A stretch of DNA of 64,000 nucleotides. Source: an uncultured Chloroflexia bacterium. GTDB taxonomy: Bacteria; Chloroflexota; Chloroflexia; Thermomicrobiales; UBA6265. Below, piece after piece: positions 61,709 to 64,000 of this stretch (position 1 is the stretch's first letter; every line of letters starts with the position of its first letter). Location: the NCBI GenBank assembly GCA_963724295.1, contig CAVRUC010000004.1:160001-224000 (forward strand), in the 5' to 3' direction. Both the position numbers and the translations under genes were made by a program. Under the pieces are notes generated by a model. That model ran no database searches, was not told where the DNA came from, and saw only the letters and a program-made list of their open reading frames with translations.

Positions 61709-64000
61709 GTGCCCGAGACTCCAGCTTCGTTCGGTGAGCTGCTGCGCCAGGTGCGCAGCGCGGCCTCGCTGTCCCAGGAGGAGCTGGCCCAGCGCTCGGG
61801 GGTGAGCGTGCGCGGCATCAGTGATCTGGAGCGCGGCGCTCGGTCCGCCCCGCGACTCGAAACGGTGCGCCTGCTGGCCGACGCGCTGGATGTCGATCAG
61901 GCGTCCCGGGCAGCGCTGCTGGCCGCCGCGCGACCGGACATTGCGCGGCGAGGCGCGACGGACCGTGAGAAGCCGGCTTTTTTCTCCGTGCCAACACCGC
62001 TGACCCGACTCATCGGGCGCGAGGCGGAGGTTGAAGCCCTTTGCACGACCCTGCGCCGCGACGACGTCCGATTCGTCACGTTGACCGGAGCAGGCGGGAG
62101 CGGCAAGACGCGGTTGGCGACTGCTGTGGCGGTTGAGATGGGGGACAACTTTTCGGATGGAGTCGTCTTCGTCGATCTGTCGCCGCTAACCGATCCGACC
62201 CTGGTCCTCCCGACTATTGCCACCACCCTCGGCGTGCGGGAAGTCGTTGACCAGTCTCTATTTCAGACGCTTTCTAACTTCCTCACGTCCAAGCAGCTGC
62301 TCCTCGTGCTCGATAATTGCGAACGGGTTCTCGCCGCTGCCCCCGATATCACCACGCTCCTCGCAGCAAGTCCGGGGTTGGTCGTACTCGCCACCAGTCG
62401 CGAGCCGCTGCATGTACGGGGAGAGCGCGAGTTCCCGGTATCGCCGCTGCCGCTAGCGGTGGCCGCTCCGGTGCAGGCGCTCGCCCAGATCGCCACTATT
62501 CCGGCGATCGCCCTCTTCGTGGAGCGGGCGGAGGCCAGCCAGCCCGATTTCATCATGACGACGGAGAACGTCGCCGCGGTCGCGGCCATCTGCCGCAGAC
62601 TCGATGGCTTGCCGCTGGCCATTGAGCTGGCCGCGGCCCGGGTGAAAGTCCTGCCGCCACAGGCGCTGCTGGCGCGGCTCGAGCACCGGCTCCCGCTCCT
62701 CACGGGCGGAGGACAGGACTTGCCCGCGCGCCAGCGCACGATGCGGGATGCGATAGCCTGGAGCTATGACCTCCTCTCGCCGGATGAGCAGGCGCTTTTC
62801 CGGCGACTCGCCGTCTTCGCCGGTGGGTTCACCCTGGGCGGCGCCGACGCGGTGGCGGTTCCCGATGGCCACCTCGCGGTCCTCGACGGCGTGGTGGCAT
62901 TGGTCGAACAGAGTCTGGTGCGCCAGATCCCCGGCACGGATGATGAGCCGCGGTACCGCATGTTGGAGACGGTGCGCGAGTTCGGACTCGAGCGGCTGGT
63001 ATCCAGCGGCGACGCGGATGATGCCCGCCAGCGGCATGCCGAACACTTCCAGCGGATGTCTGCCGAGCTGGTGGAGAGTCCCGCGACTCTTATGAACCAC
63101 GCCAGTCTGACGCGCCTTGTTGCCGAGCATGACAACGTTCGGCTGGCACTGGCCTGGTGCGACCAACATGGCGAGATCGACGCGCTGCTGCAACTCAGTT
63201 CCTTGCTTTACGGGCTGTGGTTCAGCCGCGGGCTCTACCGCGAGGGGGCGCAATGGGTCGACCGGGCACTGGAGCGGTCTCAGCGCGTGCCTTCGAGCGC
63301 GCTGATTCGGGCGCTCGGCGGTGCGGGCACGCTGGCGAGTTTTCAGGGTGACTATGCCCGAGCCACGTCCTTCTACGAGGAAGGATTGGCCATGGCCCAA
63401 GCGCTGGGTGATCCGTCGTTGATGGCCGAGGCCCTGACCTACAGCGCGTTCTTGGCCTACCGCAACCGGGAGTTTGCGCGGGCCGAGCAGGTGCTCGCCG
63501 AGGCGCGGCACATCCTTGTGGGGAGCGCCGGGGCTGAGTCAGGCGCGTTACCGTTCCTGACCTTCGGCGGAGTGGTTCCCTACTTCCATATTGGGGACCT
63601 CGCCCTGGTCCAGGGGCAGTTTGCCCAGGCAGCCATGGAGTACGAAGAAGGGATAGTCCTCTTCAAGGCGGCAGGCAGCGAATCGGGGCTTCGAGACTTG
63701 CAGGCTGGACTCGCCGCGGTCCGGTACTTGACAGGAGATTTCCCTGAGGCCGCCGCGCTGTACGGGGAAAGTCTGCAGCAGTCGCATGCCATGGCATTTT
63801 GGCCGCTCGTGGTCAGTTCGCTGCTTGGTCTGGCTGGCATCGCAATTGAAGTCGGGGATCCGGTAAGAGGCGCCCGCCTGCTTGGAGCCGCCGAGGGAAT
63901 CGCTTCATCCCTGGGATCGCCCATGTACACTCGGGAGGACCCGGTCATGGACCGGGTCCTCGCAACGGTACGACTGGCGCTTGACGAGCAGCGGTTTGCC
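61709..64000 (+). CDS. XRE-HTH-STAND ATPase-TPR transcriptional regulator (3' end beyond the window)
   Basis: GAGGAGG RBS, GTG 61709. FGELLRQVRSAASLSQEELAQRSGVSVRGISDLERG, GAGGSGKT, LLVLDNCE and [12 protein letters not shown]. Absent from the ORF track, consistent with no stop inside the window. Confidence 0.9.
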   Translation, partial: MPETPASFGELLRQVRSAASLSQEELAQRSGVSVRGISDLERGARSAPRLETVRLLADALDVDQASRAALLAAARPDIARRGATDREKPAFFSVPTPLTRLIGREAEVEALCTTLRRDDVRFVTLTGAGGSGKTRLATAVAVEMGDNFSDGVVFVDLSPLTDPTLVLPTIATTLGVREVVDQSLFQTLSNFLTSKQLLLVLDNCERVLAAAPDITTLLAASPGLVVLATSREPLHVRGEREFPVSPLPLAVAAPVQALAQIATIPAIALFVERAEASQPDFIMTTENVAAVAAICRRLDGLPLAIELAAARVKVLPPQALLARLEHRLPLLTGGGQDLPARQRTMRDAIAWSYDLLSPDEQALFRRLAVFAGGFTLGGADAVAVPDGHLAVLDGVVALVEQSLVRQIPGTDDEPRYRMLETVREFGLERLVSSGDADDARQRHAEHFQRMSAELVESPATLMNHASLTRLVAEHDNVRLALAWCDQHGEIDALLQLSSLLYGLWFSRGLYREGAQWVDRALERSQRVPSSALIRALGGAGTLASFQGDYARATSFYEEGLAMAQALGDPSLMAEALTYSAFLAYRNREFARAEQVLAEARHILVGSAGAESGALPFLTFGGVVPYFHIGDLALVQGQFAQAAMEYEEGIVLFKAAGSESGLRDLQAGLAAVRYLTGDFPEAAALYGESLQQSHAMAFWPLVVSSLLGLAGIAIEVGDPVRGARLLGAAEGIASSLGSPMYTREDPVMDRVLATVRLALDEQRFA

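Noticed and set aside
60795..61900. NLR-associated amyloid signalling (BASS-type) pair
   Set aside because: The STAND protein begins with an XRE HTH and no copy of the repeat motif was seen in it; the partner has a signal peptide rather than a Bell-type effector domain.
1..64000. Prophage, IS, integrase or anti-phage defence genes
   Set aside because: None recognised; the STAND proteins carry HTH DNA-binding domains typical of regulators, not nuclease, TIR or SIR2 effectors.

Overview
GC-rich bacterial chromosomal window. Its gene repertoire (several HTH/STAND-NTPase/TPR regulators, Cys-rich proteins with a 'MDxxxFDxxxR...SRRxxL' leader) is most consistent with Thermomicrobiales (Chloroflexota); this is an inference. 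From left to right it holds: a nicotinamidase-like/enamidase/DUF1185/oxidoreductase catabolic unit; two PLP decarboxylases; a deacetylase plus knottin-like repeat protein; a divergent csoR-copB / copA-copZ copper locus with two CsoR-type boxes; TetR/SRPBCC, Hsp20, flavin monooxygenase, DHDPS-like and GMC oxidoreductase genes; a sugar ABC system; a divergent phoR / phoB-pstSCAB-phoU locus with Pho-box-like repeats; and a GH42 beta-galactosidase/ABC locus carrying six indels. No tRNA, rRNA, CRISPR array, transposase or integrase was recognised. The most novel-looking element is at the right end. A secreted ~190 aa protein carries three copies of SWDE(S/T)SGYGSVE(A/R)(S/T)RA that are conserved as protein but diverged at synonymous sites. 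It is transcribed divergently from an XRE-HTH/STAND/TPR regulator across six tandem C(C/T)CACG boxes, making it a candidate multi-copy peptide signal/receptor system. All product calls come from motif recognition, not database searches.
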